NCBI GenBank assembly: GCA_965213675.1
Contig: OZ243916.1
Location: 3,840,001 to 3,904,000, forward strand
From: an uncultured Candidatus Binatia bacterium
GTDB taxonomy: Bacteria; Desulfobacterota; Binatia; UBA9968; JAJDTQ01
Reading direction: 5' to 3'
DNA: 64,000 bases
The notes under the pieces: model-generated
Database searches by the model: none
What the model saw: only the letters and a program-made list of their open reading frames with translations
What the model was told of the DNA's origin: nothing
Translations under genes and position numbers: made by a program
Shown: piece after piece, positions 30,278 through 39,961 of the stretch
Numbering within the stretch: the first letter of the stretch is position 1
How the letters are laid out: each line of letters begins with the position of its first letter

Positions 30278-31135
30278 ATGACGGCCCGCTGGATCGAATT
30301 GTCTGTCCAGGCTCAAGGTTCGGTGCAGGATACGATTTCGGTTTATCTGGTGGAGCGGGGCTCCACCGGTGTCGTCTGCGGCGACCGTTCCCTGCGCGCG
30401 TTCTTTCCGGAGACGGTGGACACGGACGCGGTGAAACCCGCACTCCGGCGCTATCTGCGCGGGCTCCGGGACCTCTTCCCCGACGGGCGCGTGGGCCGTG
30501 CCCGCTGGCGAGTGATCCCTGAAAAGAACTGGCACGACGGCTGGCGCGCGCACTTCACGCCGCAGCGAATCGGCCGCCGGTTTCTGGTGACCCCGCCGTG
30601 GATTCGTCCGCCGGAAGGCCGCCGTCACGTCATCTTCATCGAGCCCGCCATGGCCTTCGGCACCGGAACCCACGAGACCACACGCTGTTGTCTCGAGCTT
30701 ATCGATCAGCATTGTGCCGAACTCGTGCCGGAACGGGCACTGGACGTGGGCACGGGGTCGGGCATCCTGGCCATCGCCCTGGCCCGTCTCGGCGTGCGCG
30801 AGGTGCTGGCGCTGGACAACGACCCCGTGGCCCTGGACGCGGCTCGGGCGAATCTCCGGCTGAACGGCATCGACGGCGCGGTGACCCTGAGCGACGCGCG
30901 TGTCAGCCGGGTGCGGCGCCGGTTTCCGCTGGTGGTGGCAAACCTCATGCTGGAGATCCTGCTGGAGCTGGCCGGTCCGCTGACCCGTTGCGTGAGCGCC
31001 CGCGGCGCGCTCATCCTCTCGGGTCTGCTGCACGAGCACGTGCCCGCGGTGACGCGGCGCTACGAGGGTTTCCGGTTGGCGCAGCGCAGCGACCGCAAGG
31101 AGTGGACCACGCTGCTGCTGCGCAAGGAATCATGA
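30278..31135 (+). CDS. prmA: Ribosomal protein L11 methyltransferase
   Basis: PAMAFGTGTHETT and LDVGTGSGILAI motifs. Confidence 0.93.
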   Translation: MTARWIELSVQAQGSVQDTISVYLVERGSTGVVCGDRSLRAFFPETVDTDAVKPALRRYLRGLRDLFPDGRVGRARWRVIPEKNWHDGWRAHFTPQRIGRRFLVTPPWIRPPEGRRHVIFIEPAMAFGTGTHETTRCCLELIDQHCAELVPERALDVGTGSGILAIALARLGVREVLALDNDPVALDAARANLRLNGIDGAVTLSDARVSRVRRRFPLVVANLMLEILLELAGPLTRCVSARGALILSGLLHEHVPAVTRRYEGFRLAQRSDRKEWTTLLLRKES

Positions 31136-31878
31136 GCCTGCCGCGCTTCCTGGTTGCACCGGACGCGGTGCGCGACGGCGCCGCCACAGTGGCGGGTTCC
31201 GAGTTGACGCACATGCGCAAGGTCCTGCGCCTGCGTCCCGGCGCCAGGGTGCTGCTCTGGGACGGCGCAGGCGCGGAGCACGAGGCCCTGATCCGCGCCT
31301 ATGACGGTGGAGCCGCGACCATGACCGTGGTACGGTCCTATCGCCCGGAGCGGGAATCTCCCCTGGCCGTCACCTTGGCCCAAGCCGTGGGCAAGGGGGA
31401 CAAGATGGACTGGATCGTGGAGAAGTCCACCGAACTCGGGGTGGCCCGCGTGGCGCCGTTTTTCTCGTCGCACACCGTGCCGCGGTTCGGCGGCGACAAG
31501 GGCGAGCGCCGCCGGGAGCGCTGGCAGAAGGTCGCCGCGGCCGCGGCCAGGCAGTCCGGGCGCACGCGGATCCCGGAGATCGGCGAGCCCGTGGGGGTCC
31601 ACGCGCTGCTGGACCGGGACTGGCCCTGCGACGCGAGGCTGTTTTTCCGGGAAGGGGCCGCGTCACGGCGGCTGAATGCCCTGTGTGAGGACTTGGGCAG
31701 CTTGAGTTCGGTGCTCGTGATGGTGGGCCCCGAGGGCGGTTTCAGCGAAGAGGAGGCGGCGGCCGCGGCGGCCCGCGGATTTTACACGGTCGGTCTCGGC
31801 CGCCGCATCCTGCGTACGGAGACCGCGGCGGTGGTCGCAGTGTCCGCCGTGCAGTTGCTGTGGGGTGATCTCGGGTGA
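31132..31878 (+). CDS. rsmE: 16S rRNA m3U1498 methyltransferase
   Basis: HMRKVLRL, KSTELG, VGPEGGFS and LGRRILRTETA motifs; ATGA overlap with prmA. Confidence 0.95.
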   Translation: MSLPRFLVAPDAVRDGAATVAGSELTHMRKVLRLRPGARVLLWDGAGAEHEALIRAYDGGAATMTVVRSYRPERESPLAVTLAQAVGKGDKMDWIVEKSTELGVARVAPFFSSHTVPRFGGDKGERRRERWQKVAAAAARQSGRTRIPEIGEPVGVHALLDRDWPCDARLFFREGAASRRLNALCEDLGSLSSVLVMVGPEGGFSEEEAAAAAARGFYTVGLGRRILRTETAAVVAVSAVQLLWGDLG

Positions 31879-32010
31879 GCCGGGGCGGCAGGTTGATGCG
31901 CCTGTGGGTGTGAACCGGGCACGGAGTCTGACGCGCGCACTTCCTGATTGAAATCGGATATGGAACTGGACGGCACACGCGTCCTGCGTGCCGCGGACAG
32001 GAGGTTTGTC

Positions 32011-32205
32011 ATGGACAAGGACACCGAGGAAACCCTGAGCCGGATGTTGCGCCGCGCCGGCCTGGAAATGCCCGAAAGTGATCGCGCGCGCTTCATCCCC
32101 ATGCTGGAAACGTACATGGGGAGCCTGGAGAAGCTGCATTCCATCAACCTGGCCGGCGAGCAGGTGGGCGGAGTCTTCCGGGCCGACACGGACGAAGATG
32201 GGTAG
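32011..32205 (+). CDS. Small helical protein upstream of amidases (possible GatC/AtzG-like accessory subunit)
   Basis: AGGAGG RBS; 64 aa MDKDTEETLSRMLRRAGLEMPESDRARF...; position before two amidase genes. Confidence 0.6.
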   Translation: MDKDTEETLSRMLRRAGLEMPESDRARFIPMLETYMGSLEKLHSINLAGEQVGGVFRADTDEDG

Positions 32206-32221
32206 GGCGGCGGCCGTCTAG

Positions 32222-32380
32222 GAGCCTGTCGGGATTATCGAATCGTAGCGAGAGGCAGAGGAATGGAGGCCAGTTTCGGGCGGATTTGAGGAGAATATTG
32301 GTAATATTGGACGAAAATCCAACCGGAAATGGACCCATTTCGCTGCCTCGCAGCAGATTCTTGATAAACCCGACAGGCTC
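32222..32380 (+). mobile_element. 159-bp MITE-like element, family B, copy 2, flanked by CTAG on both sides
   Basis: CTAG(32218-21) GAGCCTGTCGGGATTATC ... GATAAACCCGACAGGCTC CTAG(32381-84). Confidence 0.92.
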
Positions 32381-32450
32381 CTAGACTCTGGACCCGCCCC
32401 ACGCGATTCGGGTGCATTCGCGCCTTGTCAAGAATAGTGAAGGAACGGAC

Positions 32451-33824
32451 ATGTCGGATTTGTGTTTTTCCAGCATTGACAGCATGGCCCCGCGCTTGCA
32501 GAAGCGCCAGGTCTCCCCGGTGGAGTTGACCCAAGCCTGTCTCGACCGGATTCGCGCCGTGGACGGCGATCTGCACGCTTTCGTGAACCTCATGGAGGAG
32601 AGCGCGCTGGCGGAGGCGCGCACGGCGGAGGAGGAGATTCACAACGGCCGCTACCGTGGCCCGTTGCACGGCATTCCCGTGGCCGTGAAGGACCAGTACG
32701 ACGTCCAGGGCGCCCTTTCCATGGTGCGCATCCCTCAGCCGGCAGGCCCGGGAGAGGACTGCGCCGCGGTGCGCCGCCTGCGTGAGGCCGGGGCGGTGAT
32801 GCTCGGCAAGCTCAACATGAGCGGTCTGCCCGGAGGCATCAAGGGGGCGCGGAACCCCTGGAACCTCGACCACGTGCCGGGAGGTTCCAGCACCGGCTCC
32901 GGCGCCGGCATCGCCGCTGGCCTGTGCCTGGGCTCCATGGGTGAGGACACCGCGGGCTCCATCCGGAACCCGGCGTCCTTCTGCGGCATATCCGGTCTGA
33001 AGCCCACCTACGGGCGGGTCAGCCGCTTTGGGCTGGCGCCGCTGGGCTGGTCGCTGGACACCGCCGGCCCCATGACCCGGGTGGTGGAGGACCTGGCGCA
33101 CATGCTGCAGGTCCTGGCCGGCTTCGATCCCAGGGACCCCACGTCAAGCCCGGTAGAGGTCTCCGACTATACGGCGGACCTGAAGGCCGGGGTCTCGGGC
33201 ATGGTCGTCGGCGTGCCGCGGGATTACTTCAGTCTCATCGACACCGACCCGGAGGTCCTGGACCTTCTGGACAAGGCGCTGGCGGACCTGGAGTCCCTGG
33301 GCGCCAAGGTGCGGGACGTAACGGTGCCGGGCATGGAGTACGCCACCATCGCCAACGGTCTCATCTATTCGTGCGAGTTCTACAACATCTGTCGGGCCGA
33401 CATGGACGCGGTCATGTCGGGCGAGGCTTCGGAATCCCGCCGGGCGCGGCTGTTCATCGGCGCGGTGTCCACCAGCGGCGACTATATCCAGGCCCAGCGG
33501 ATGCGCAGCCGCCTCCGGCGGGAACTGAACGCGGTCTTCCGCGAGGTCCATGTCCTGGCCCTGCCCACCAACCCGGCGCCCGCGCCGCTGGCCGCGGGAT
33601 TGGACGGCCTCGACGCGGTGAACAAGATGCTGAGTCCGGACTACCCGTCGCCGGCGAACCTTGCCGGTGTCCCGGCGTTGGCCATCCCGTCCGGTTTCAG
33701 TTCCACAGGTCTCCCGGTGGGCATGCAATTCTGGGGCAGGGCCTTTGCCGAGTCCACACTGCTCAGGGTGGGTTATGCCTATCAGCAGCATGCCCGCTGG
33801 TTCGAGCGCCGGCCGCCGATGTAG
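32451..33824 (+). CDS. Amidase signature family enzyme (GatA-like)
   Basis: GPLHGIPVAVKD, GGSSTGS and DTAGSIRNPA (Lys-Ser-Ser triad). Confidence 0.92.
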   Translation: MSDLCFSSIDSMAPRLQKRQVSPVELTQACLDRIRAVDGDLHAFVNLMEESALAEARTAEEEIHNGRYRGPLHGIPVAVKDQYDVQGALSMVRIPQPAGPGEDCAAVRRLREAGAVMLGKLNMSGLPGGIKGARNPWNLDHVPGGSSTGSGAGIAAGLCLGSMGEDTAGSIRNPASFCGISGLKPTYGRVSRFGLAPLGWSLDTAGPMTRVVEDLAHMLQVLAGFDPRDPTSSPVEVSDYTADLKAGVSGMVVGVPRDYFSLIDTDPEVLDLLDKALADLESLGAKVRDVTVPGMEYATIANGLIYSCEFYNICRADMDAVMSGEASESRRARLFIGAVSTSGDYIQAQRMRSRLRRELNAVFREVHVLALPTNPAPAPLAAGLDGLDAVNKMLSPDYPSPANLAGVPALAIPSGFSSTGLPVGMQFWGRAFAESTLLRVGYAYQQHARWFERRPPM

Positions 33825-33907
33825 TGCCCTGCGTCACGGATGAGTTTCACAAGTGGCGCTTCCAGGCTGCAATTTCGCCGGAACTCGGCCGACAAGGAGG
33901 GTGCCCA

Positions 33908-35350
33908 ATGGTGGAGAATGACCTGGAAACGCTGACCATCGCCGAGGCGGCCCCGAAGGTCCGGGCCGGGGAAATCTCGCCAGTGGAACTCACGAAGCTC
34001 CATATCGAGCGCATCGAGCGGCTCAATCCGATGCTCAGCGCCTATCTCACGCCGACCCCCGAGAGCGCGCTGGCGGAGGCAGCCACCGCCGAGAAGGAGA
34101 TCCGCGCCGGCGACTACCGCGGCCCGCTCCACGGCATACCCGTGGCCATCAAGGACAATCTCGCCACCCGCGGGGTGCGCACCACGGCCGGCGCCAAGGC
34201 GCTGTCGGAGTGGATTCCGGACTACGATGCCACGGTGGTGACCCGGCTGCGGCAGGCCGGGGCGGTGAGCCTGGGCAAGACCCAGATGCACGAGTGGGCC
34301 AAGGGGAGCCACGGGATCAACCCCTTCTACGGCACCCCGTGCAACCCCTGGAACCGGGAGCGGATCCCTGGCGGCTCCAGCAGCGGCTCGGCCGTGGCCG
34401 TGGCCGCGGGCCTGTGCATGGCGTCGGTGGGCACCGATGCCGCCGGATCGGTGCGAAATCCAGCCTCCCTGTGCGGCATCGTCGGGCTCAAACCCACCTA
34501 CGGGCGTATCAGCGTATTCGGCGGCGTGCCCGGCACGGGCGGCTATTCCACCAACCACTTCGGTCCGCTGACCCGCACTGTGGCCGACTGCGCGGCGATG
34601 ATGCAGGTCATTGCCGGACCAGACCCTCTGGACCCGTTGAGTTCCACGGCGCCGGTGCCCGACTACGCCGCGAGTCTCGGGAGGTCGGTCGAGGGAATGC
34701 GCGCCGGCATCATCGAGGGCTACTTCGAGAAGTTTGCCTCACACGAGGTCCGGCAAGCCTTTGCGGCGGCCCTCGACACGCTGCGTTCCCTGGGGATGAC
34801 GGTGGAGGAAGTCCACGTTCCCCACATGGACCTGATACCCGCGGTGCAGCTCTGCGCCAGCCGGGTGGAGAGTACCGGCGACGCCGAATACTATCTGCGG
34901 CGCCACGCCCGGGACTACAGCCCCGGCATGCTTTCCACCCAGATCCAGGCGCTGACGGTGTCCGGGCTGGCCTACAACCAGTCGCAACGTATCCGCCGGC
35001 TCATCTGTGACGGGTTCGACGAGGCCCTGGAGACGGTGGACGTGATCGTGGCGCCGACCTCACCGGTGCCAGCCATTTCCATGACTGATTCGCAGGCCGG
35101 CTACGTCACCGTGGACGGAACGAAGACGCCGCTCCAGGGACCCTATGGCAATTTTCTGACGCTGTGCACCATCCCGTTCAACGTCAATGGCCTGCCGTCT
35201 CTGAGCATCAACGGCGGCTTTTCGAAGGACGGCCTGCCCATCGGCGTACAGATCGCGAGCGGTTCGTTTCGTGAGGATACGGTCCTGCGTGTGGCCCACG
35301 CCTACGAGCAGGCCTCGCCTGTCACCGGCAAAGCCCCGCCGCTCCCGTAG
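33908..35350 (+). CDS. Amidase signature family enzyme (second paralogue)
   Basis: AGGAGG RBS; GPLHGIPVAIKD, GGSSSGS and GTDAAGSVRNPA. Confidence 0.92.
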   Translation: MVENDLETLTIAEAAPKVRAGEISPVELTKLHIERIERLNPMLSAYLTPTPESALAEAATAEKEIRAGDYRGPLHGIPVAIKDNLATRGVRTTAGAKALSEWIPDYDATVVTRLRQAGAVSLGKTQMHEWAKGSHGINPFYGTPCNPWNRERIPGGSSSGSAVAVAAGLCMASVGTDAAGSVRNPASLCGIVGLKPTYGRISVFGGVPGTGGYSTNHFGPLTRTVADCAAMMQVIAGPDPLDPLSSTAPVPDYAASLGRSVEGMRAGIIEGYFEKFASHEVRQAFAAALDTLRSLGMTVEEVHVPHMDLIPAVQLCASRVESTGDAEYYLRRHARDYSPGMLSTQIQALTVSGLAYNQSQRIRRLICDGFDEALETVDVIVAPTSPVPAISMTDSQAGYVTVDGTKTPLQGPYGNFLTLCTIPFNVNGLPSLSINGGFSKDGLPIGVQIASGSFREDTVLRVAHAYEQASPVTGKAPPLP

Positions 35351-35390
35351 GAGCTTGCGCTGTAGGGGCGACCCGCGGGTCGCCCCTACA
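35351..35390. repeat. MITE-A terminal stub followed by a perfect 30-bp GTAG-type REP palindrome
   Basis: TAG stop, then GAGCTTGCGC, then TGTAGGGGCGACCCGCGGGTCGCCCCTACA (self-complementary, 35361-35390). Confidence 0.75.
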
Positions 35391-35434
35391 GCCGGCAGAT
35401 CGGTTCGTTGCCACGGGTCGAAAAGGAGAAGATC

Positions 35435-36523
35435 ATGAACGGTTTCATCGACGCGGACACCCACGTCATCGAATCGGAAGCAATCTGGGAACTCATGGAC
35501 AAGGATCTCTACGACCGCCGGCCGATTCTGCTCAAGGCCCCCGGCGACACCGAGTACCAGACTTCCAACGCGTTCTGGCTCATCGACGGCCAGATCTTTC
35601 CCAAGTCCGTGGGCAAGGGCAGCGCCCGGCTCAGTACTCCAGCGGAGCAGGAGCGGCAGTGGACGCGCCAGGACATCGACCTGGGCGTGCGCCAGTTGAC
35701 CGATCCGGCGGCGCGGGTGCGGGAGCTGGACAAGCGCGGCGCCGCCGCCGAGGTCATCTACTCCACCCTATGGGGCGTCTATCTCACCGATGACGTGGAT
35801 CTCGACGTGGCCCTGTGCCGCGCCTACAACACCTGGATGGGGCAGGCTTGGGCCCAGGGCGACAACCGCCTGCGCTGGACCGCGGTGTTTCCGCTGACCT
35901 CCATCGACGAGTCCATCCAGCAGTTGCACTACGCCAGGGAACACGGCGCCGTGGGCGTGAACATGCGCGGCATCGAAGGGGACCGCTCCCTGGCCGAGCC
36001 GTACTTCTTTCCGCTCTACGAGGAAGCGAGCCGCCTGGATTTCCCCATCTGCATCCACATCGGCGCGGGCTCGCCGGCCATCTCCAGCGTTTTCGACGTG
36101 CGCGTGAGCCACACGCTGCCGCACCTGCGCATGCTGCCCCTCATCGCCTTCCGCGACCTCGTGGCCAACCGCATCCCCGAGAAGTTCCCCGGCCTGCGTT
36201 TCGGCTTCGTCGAGGCGGGCGCGTCCTGGGTGCCTTACCTGCTGCATCAGCTCCGGCGCACCACCCGGGGGCAGGGCATTCCCATCGGTCCGGAGCTGTT
36301 CGAAAAATGCCGCATGTGGGTGGTGTGCGAGGTAGACGAAGACCTGCCGATGCTGCTCCACTACATCCACGAAGACCACATCATGATCGGCTCGGACTAC
36401 GGCCACCTCGACCAGTCCTTCGAGGACAACGTCGCCGCCAAGCTGCGCGCCCGCGACGACCTCCCGCCGCGGGTGGTGGAGAAGATCCTTTGCGACAACG
36501 CCCGGACGTTCTACGGGATGTAG
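35435..36523 (+). CDS. Amidohydrolase_2 family metalloenzyme (decarboxylase/hydratase-like)
   Basis: IDADTHVIE, CIHIG, FVEAGASW and IGSDYGH motifs. Confidence 0.88.
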   Translation: MNGFIDADTHVIESEAIWELMDKDLYDRRPILLKAPGDTEYQTSNAFWLIDGQIFPKSVGKGSARLSTPAEQERQWTRQDIDLGVRQLTDPAARVRELDKRGAAAEVIYSTLWGVYLTDDVDLDVALCRAYNTWMGQAWAQGDNRLRWTAVFPLTSIDESIQQLHYAREHGAVGVNMRGIEGDRSLAEPYFFPLYEEASRLDFPICIHIGAGSPAISSVFDVRVSHTLPHLRMLPLIAFRDLVANRIPEKFPGLRFGFVEAGASWVPYLLHQLRRTTRGQGIPIGPELFEKCRMWVVCEVDEDLPMLLHYIHEDHIMIGSDYGHLDQSFEDNVAAKLRARDDLPPRVVEKILCDNARTFYGM

Positions 36524-36619
36524 CGTCGTGTCTCGTGCCGCCCCGTTCATTCGCAAGATAACCTGCCGGTCTTCGCTGTCGCCGGTGATCCCGCGGCGAG
36601 GATGAAGCCGAAGCAACAA

Positions 36620-36678
36620 GAGCTTGCGCCCCAGGAATTCGCAAAAGCGACAGCCGCGATTTCCTGGGGCGCAAGCTC
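36620..36678. mobile_element. 59-bp internally deleted derivative of MITE family A
   Basis: GAGCTTGCGCCCCAGGAATTCGC ... GCGATTTCCTGGGGCGCAAGCTC; both TIRs kept, with a compensatory G-C to C-G change. Confidence 0.8.
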
Positions 36679-36707
36679 CTGGCACGGGCACGAGGAGGGC
36701 GGACGTC

Positions 36708-37706
36708 ATGCAATACAGGACGCTGGGTAGCACGGGCCTTCGCGTCTCCGAGATCGGATTCGGCTGCGGCAACGTGGGTGGGTTGATGGTGCGGGGGAGC
36801 CGCGACGAACAAGTCGGCGCGGTCCGGCATGCGCTGGCCTTGGGCATCAACTACTTCGACACGGCACGAGCCTACGGCGAGGGCAAGTCGGAGACCCACC
36901 TTGGGCGCGTGCTCGACGAGGTCGGCGAAGAGGTGGTTCTTTCCACCAAGATTCGTCTCGAAGGCGACGCTCTGGGTGATGTCGCCGCGGCCGCCAGGTC
37001 TGAGGTCCAACAGGGACTCGGTCGTCTCGGACGCACCTCGGTAGACCTGATCCAGCTCCACACCCGGCTGACCCTGAAGCGCGAAGAAGGACGCTTCGCC
37101 ATGACTCCTGACGAGGTGCTGGGGCCGGGGGGCGTGGTCGAGGCGTTCAAGCGTCTGCGCGATGAGGGCCGCGTGGGCTTCTTCGGGTTCACCGGCCTGG
37201 GCGAGGTCGAGGCCATCCACGCGCTGGTGGACAGCGGCGAGTTCCACTCCTTTCAGGCCTACTACAATCTGCTCAATCCCAGCGCCGGGCAACCCGTGCC
37301 CCCGGGCTTCAGCGCCCTGGACTACGGACGGGTGATCGACCGCGCCGCGGCCCAGGGCATGGGCGTCGTGGTCATCCGGGTGCTGGCCGCGGGCGTGCTG
37401 AGCCCGACGCCCGAGTCGGGAGGCGGGACCAGCCGCGAGCCCCTGTCCGCGGGTTCGGACTACGAGCGCGACGTCGCCCGCGCCCACAAGCTCGGCTTTA
37501 TGAAGGACCACGGGCTGGAGTCCCTGCCGCAAGCCGCCATGCGCTTCGCGCTCATGAAGCCCGAGGTGAGTACGGTGCTGGTGGGGTTCTCCAACAACGG
37601 GCAGATCGACGAGGCGGTGACCTGTTCCGGCGCCGGTCCGCTGCCCGAGGCCGCCATGGCCGGCTTGCGCGAGATGTGGGACAGCGATTTCGGGGAGCGT
37701 GTGTAG
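36708..37706 (+). CDS. Aldo/keto reductase
   Basis: LGSTGLRVSEIGFG, GINYFDTARAYG and DLIQLH motifs. Confidence 0.92.
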   Translation: MQYRTLGSTGLRVSEIGFGCGNVGGLMVRGSRDEQVGAVRHALALGINYFDTARAYGEGKSETHLGRVLDEVGEEVVLSTKIRLEGDALGDVAAAARSEVQQGLGRLGRTSVDLIQLHTRLTLKREEGRFAMTPDEVLGPGGVVEAFKRLRDEGRVGFFGFTGLGEVEAIHALVDSGEFHSFQAYYNLLNPSAGQPVPPGFSALDYGRVIDRAAAQGMGVVVIRVLAAGVLSPTPESGGGTSREPLSAGSDYERDVARAHKLGFMKDHGLESLPQAAMRFALMKPEVSTVLVGFSNNGQIDEAVTCSGAGPLPEAAMAGLREMWDSDFGERV

Positions 37707-37744
37707 CTTGCGAGTCGTTGTCACGCGGAGACGTGATGCATGCG

Positions 37745-38065
37745 TCAGCGCCCTTGGCCGATGCGCTGCACATGCTCCTGCACCACCTCGCGCGGACACA
37801 GGGCGATGAATCCCTTGGCTCCCAGAAACGACAAAAACAGGTCGTCGAAGTATCCCAGGGCGGGCAAGATGTCGGGGACGAAGTCCGCCGGCATGACCAG
37901 GTAGGCAAACACGCCCAGCGCCAGCAGCTTGGCCTTGAGGCCCACCCGGGGGTCCTTGAACAGCCGCCAGAAGAGCCGCAGGAAGCTGGGCAGGTGCTGC
38001 ACCAGCCCCAACAGCCGGCGCGGCCCGAGACGCAGGAGGTAGGCGAGGGAACTCAGTCGAATCAT
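37745..38065 (-). CDS. YkvA/DUF1232 family membrane protein
   Basis: KDPRV...AYLVMPADFVPDILPALGYFDD motif; ATGA overlap with the upstream gene. Confidence 0.88.
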   Translation of the reverse strand: MIRLSSLAYLLRLGPRRLLGLVQHLPSFLRLFWRLFKDPRVGLKAKLLALGVFAYLVMPADFVPDILPALGYFDDLFLSFLGAKGFIALCPREVVQEHVQRIGQGR

Positions 38066-39033
38066 GGTCTCTTGGGTGGCGCCGGGGATTCGGGCGCCGC
38101 CTGTGGGCCCTTCCGGAAGAGCGCGCCGCGGTCTCCCGCCAGGAACCCCTGCCCGTCTCGTATGGCCAGGGCGGTAAGTCTTTCGGGGGTGCCGAGTCGG
38201 GTGCGTTGCCACCGGACGCCGTCCCAGCCGAACAGGGCGCCCGCCGCGCCCGCGGCCCAGCATTCGGTGGGCGAAGCGCACGCGACCGAACGCAGCCGAA
38301 AGAGGGAGCCGGGCACAGCCGACTTCTTCCACGCCGCTCCGTCGTACTCGAAGATCGCGCCGTGGTCGCCCACGGCCCAGCCCCGGCCGTCGCCCGCAAG
38401 GACCACGTCGTACATGCGCGGGATGTCCGGCATGTCCGACTTCTTCCAGCGGCTGCCGTCCCAGCGCGCGAAGAACCCTTCGCCCACCATCCAGCCCGAG
38501 CGACGCGACGCAAAGGCCAAGCCGTAGATGCGCGCCTTGCCTGCCGGGCTTCGGGCATGACGCCACTCCTTGCCGTCCCACTCGATGAGGCGTCCGTCCC
38601 GGGTGCCCGCGAAGCACCGATCCGGGGCCGCGCACCCGGCGCCCCGGAGCCTTCCCTCCGACGGCTTGCGCCGGGCCAGGGGATTGCTCACCCGTGTCCA
38701 CGCGGTGCCGTCGTAATGCAGCGACAAGGCGTCATCGCCGAACACCCACACGTCGTCCGGCGCATTCACCACGAACTTCCTCGGGCTCACCCTGGCCGGA
38801 TGGTCCACCGCGTGCATGCGGCTGCCGTCCCAGCGGAGCAGCCGGCCGTCTCGTGTGCCGAGGAATGCCTGGCCTCTGTCGAGGATGCCCACCGCGGTGA
38901 CGTCCGGGGGAGGCTTGTTGCCCTTGCGCGGGCTGTGCCAGGCGACCCTCTCCCAAGCACCCGCCCCAACGGGCAGTGCGAGACAGGCAGCGAGCAGCAA
39001 CGCGGCGCCGCGGGTTCGAGGCAATGGTGTCAT
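38062..39033 (-). CDS. Secreted beta-propeller repeat protein (W-x-x-G...(W/Y)DG-x-x-W repeats)
   Basis: Signal peptide plus about 7 repeats, e.g. LLRWDGSRM, LHYDGTAW, IEWDGKEW, RWDGSRW, EYDGAAW, GWDGVRW. Confidence 0.8.
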   Translation of the reverse strand: MTPLPRTRGAALLLAACLALPVGAGAWERVAWHSPRKGNKPPPDVTAVGILDRGQAFLGTRDGRLLRWDGSRMHAVDHPARVSPRKFVVNAPDDVWVFGDDALSLHYDGTAWTRVSNPLARRKPSEGRLRGAGCAAPDRCFAGTRDGRLIEWDGKEWRHARSPAGKARIYGLAFASRRSGWMVGEGFFARWDGSRWKKSDMPDIPRMYDVVLAGDGRGWAVGDHGAIFEYDGAAWKKSAVPGSLFRLRSVACASPTECWAAGAAGALFGWDGVRWQRTRLGTPERLTALAIRDGQGFLAGDRGALFRKGPQAAPESPAPPKRP

Positions 39034-39107
39034 GGGGTTGGTCCGCCTTGTCCGGCTTCTCCTTGCCGAGAACGAACATTCCTGCGGCACAAGCAGTCGC
39101 GGCCTCG

Positions 39108-39758
39108 CTAACCCGCGGCGTTGGCGCCGGTGTCCCAGAGCGCCAGCAGTTCACGTGCGTTCACCACGTCGGCGAACCGCTCCATGCGCTGCAACGCTTC
39201 GCGGTGCGCGTTCTCGCGGTTGGTGCCGACGCAGTCGCGCGCCACGATCATGGACAGGCCGCGGTAGAATCCGTCCCGGACGCTGCCTTCCACGCCCGAG
39301 TCCGTGCGGCAGCCCACGACCACGACGGTGTCCCGGTTCCAGTTGTCCAACAACTGTTCGAACTCGGTGCCGAGAAAAATGGTGGGCCGGCGCTTCTCGA
39401 TGCGGATGTCATCGTCGTCGGGTTGGAAGGGCTCGATGAGTTGCCAGCCGAAGCTGCCGCGGGCGCGCCGCGGCGCCAGCTCGCTCGGATGGCCGACGCC
39501 TTGATCCTTCATGGCGCGCCGGATCATGGCCGGGGCCTCGTCGCGCCACGCGTAGGGCGTGGCGAAGGCGTAGACCACGGGCACGCCGGCGCCCTTGGCT
39601 GCGGCGATGAGCGGGGGTGTGGCGCGCAGGAACTCCTCCTTGTTGAACGAACTGCCGGCCTGATCGTTCTGCATGTCCCACACCAGCAGGACGGCCCTTC
39701 GCGGGTCCGCCACCTCGGCGAGGGTCACGGGAATGGTTCTGCCTGCGAATTCAATCAT
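39108..39758 (-). CDS. Isochorismatase-family cysteine hydrolase fold
   Basis: [14 protein letters not shown] and [16 protein letters not shown]; the usual catalytic Cys position appears to be Gly. Confidence 0.85.
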   Translation of the reverse strand: MIEFAGRTIPVTLAEVADPRRAVLLVWDMQNDQAGSSFNKEEFLRATPPLIAAAKGAGVPVVYAFATPYAWRDEAPAMIRRAMKDQGVGHPSELAPRRARGSFGWQLIEPFQPDDDDIRIEKRRPTIFLGTEFEQLLDNWNRDTVVVVGCRTDSGVEGSVRDGFYRGLSMIVARDCVGTNRENAHREALQRMERFADVVNARELLALWDTGANAAG

Positions 39759-39836
39759 GGTTCCTGGCAATCATGGTTCGTGGGCTTGACGGACGTCGGG
39801 ACGTGCGGCAGGAGCGCCGGAAGCGGATCGTGGCAG

Positions 39837-39865
39837 AGGATAACCACGGGCCGAAACGGTGTCAA
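39837..39865 (-). promoter_or_regulatory. Sigma70 promoter for the isochorismatase/propeller/YkvA unit
   Basis: Minus strand TTGACA-N17-TATCCT. Confidence 0.65.
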
Positions 39866-39961
39866 CAAGGCACTCCAGCCGTTTTTGACAATGTCCGGGG
39901 TTCGCGCTACTTGTACGTGTCGAATTGGCTCTATTCGGAGAGAGTTCAGGGAGAGTGGCGG

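Noticed and set aside
26843-32380. Composite transposon between the MITE-B left fragment and the full copy at 32222
   Set aside because: It would include housekeeping prmA-rsmE, the flanks do not match, and the 32222 copy has its own CTAG duplication.
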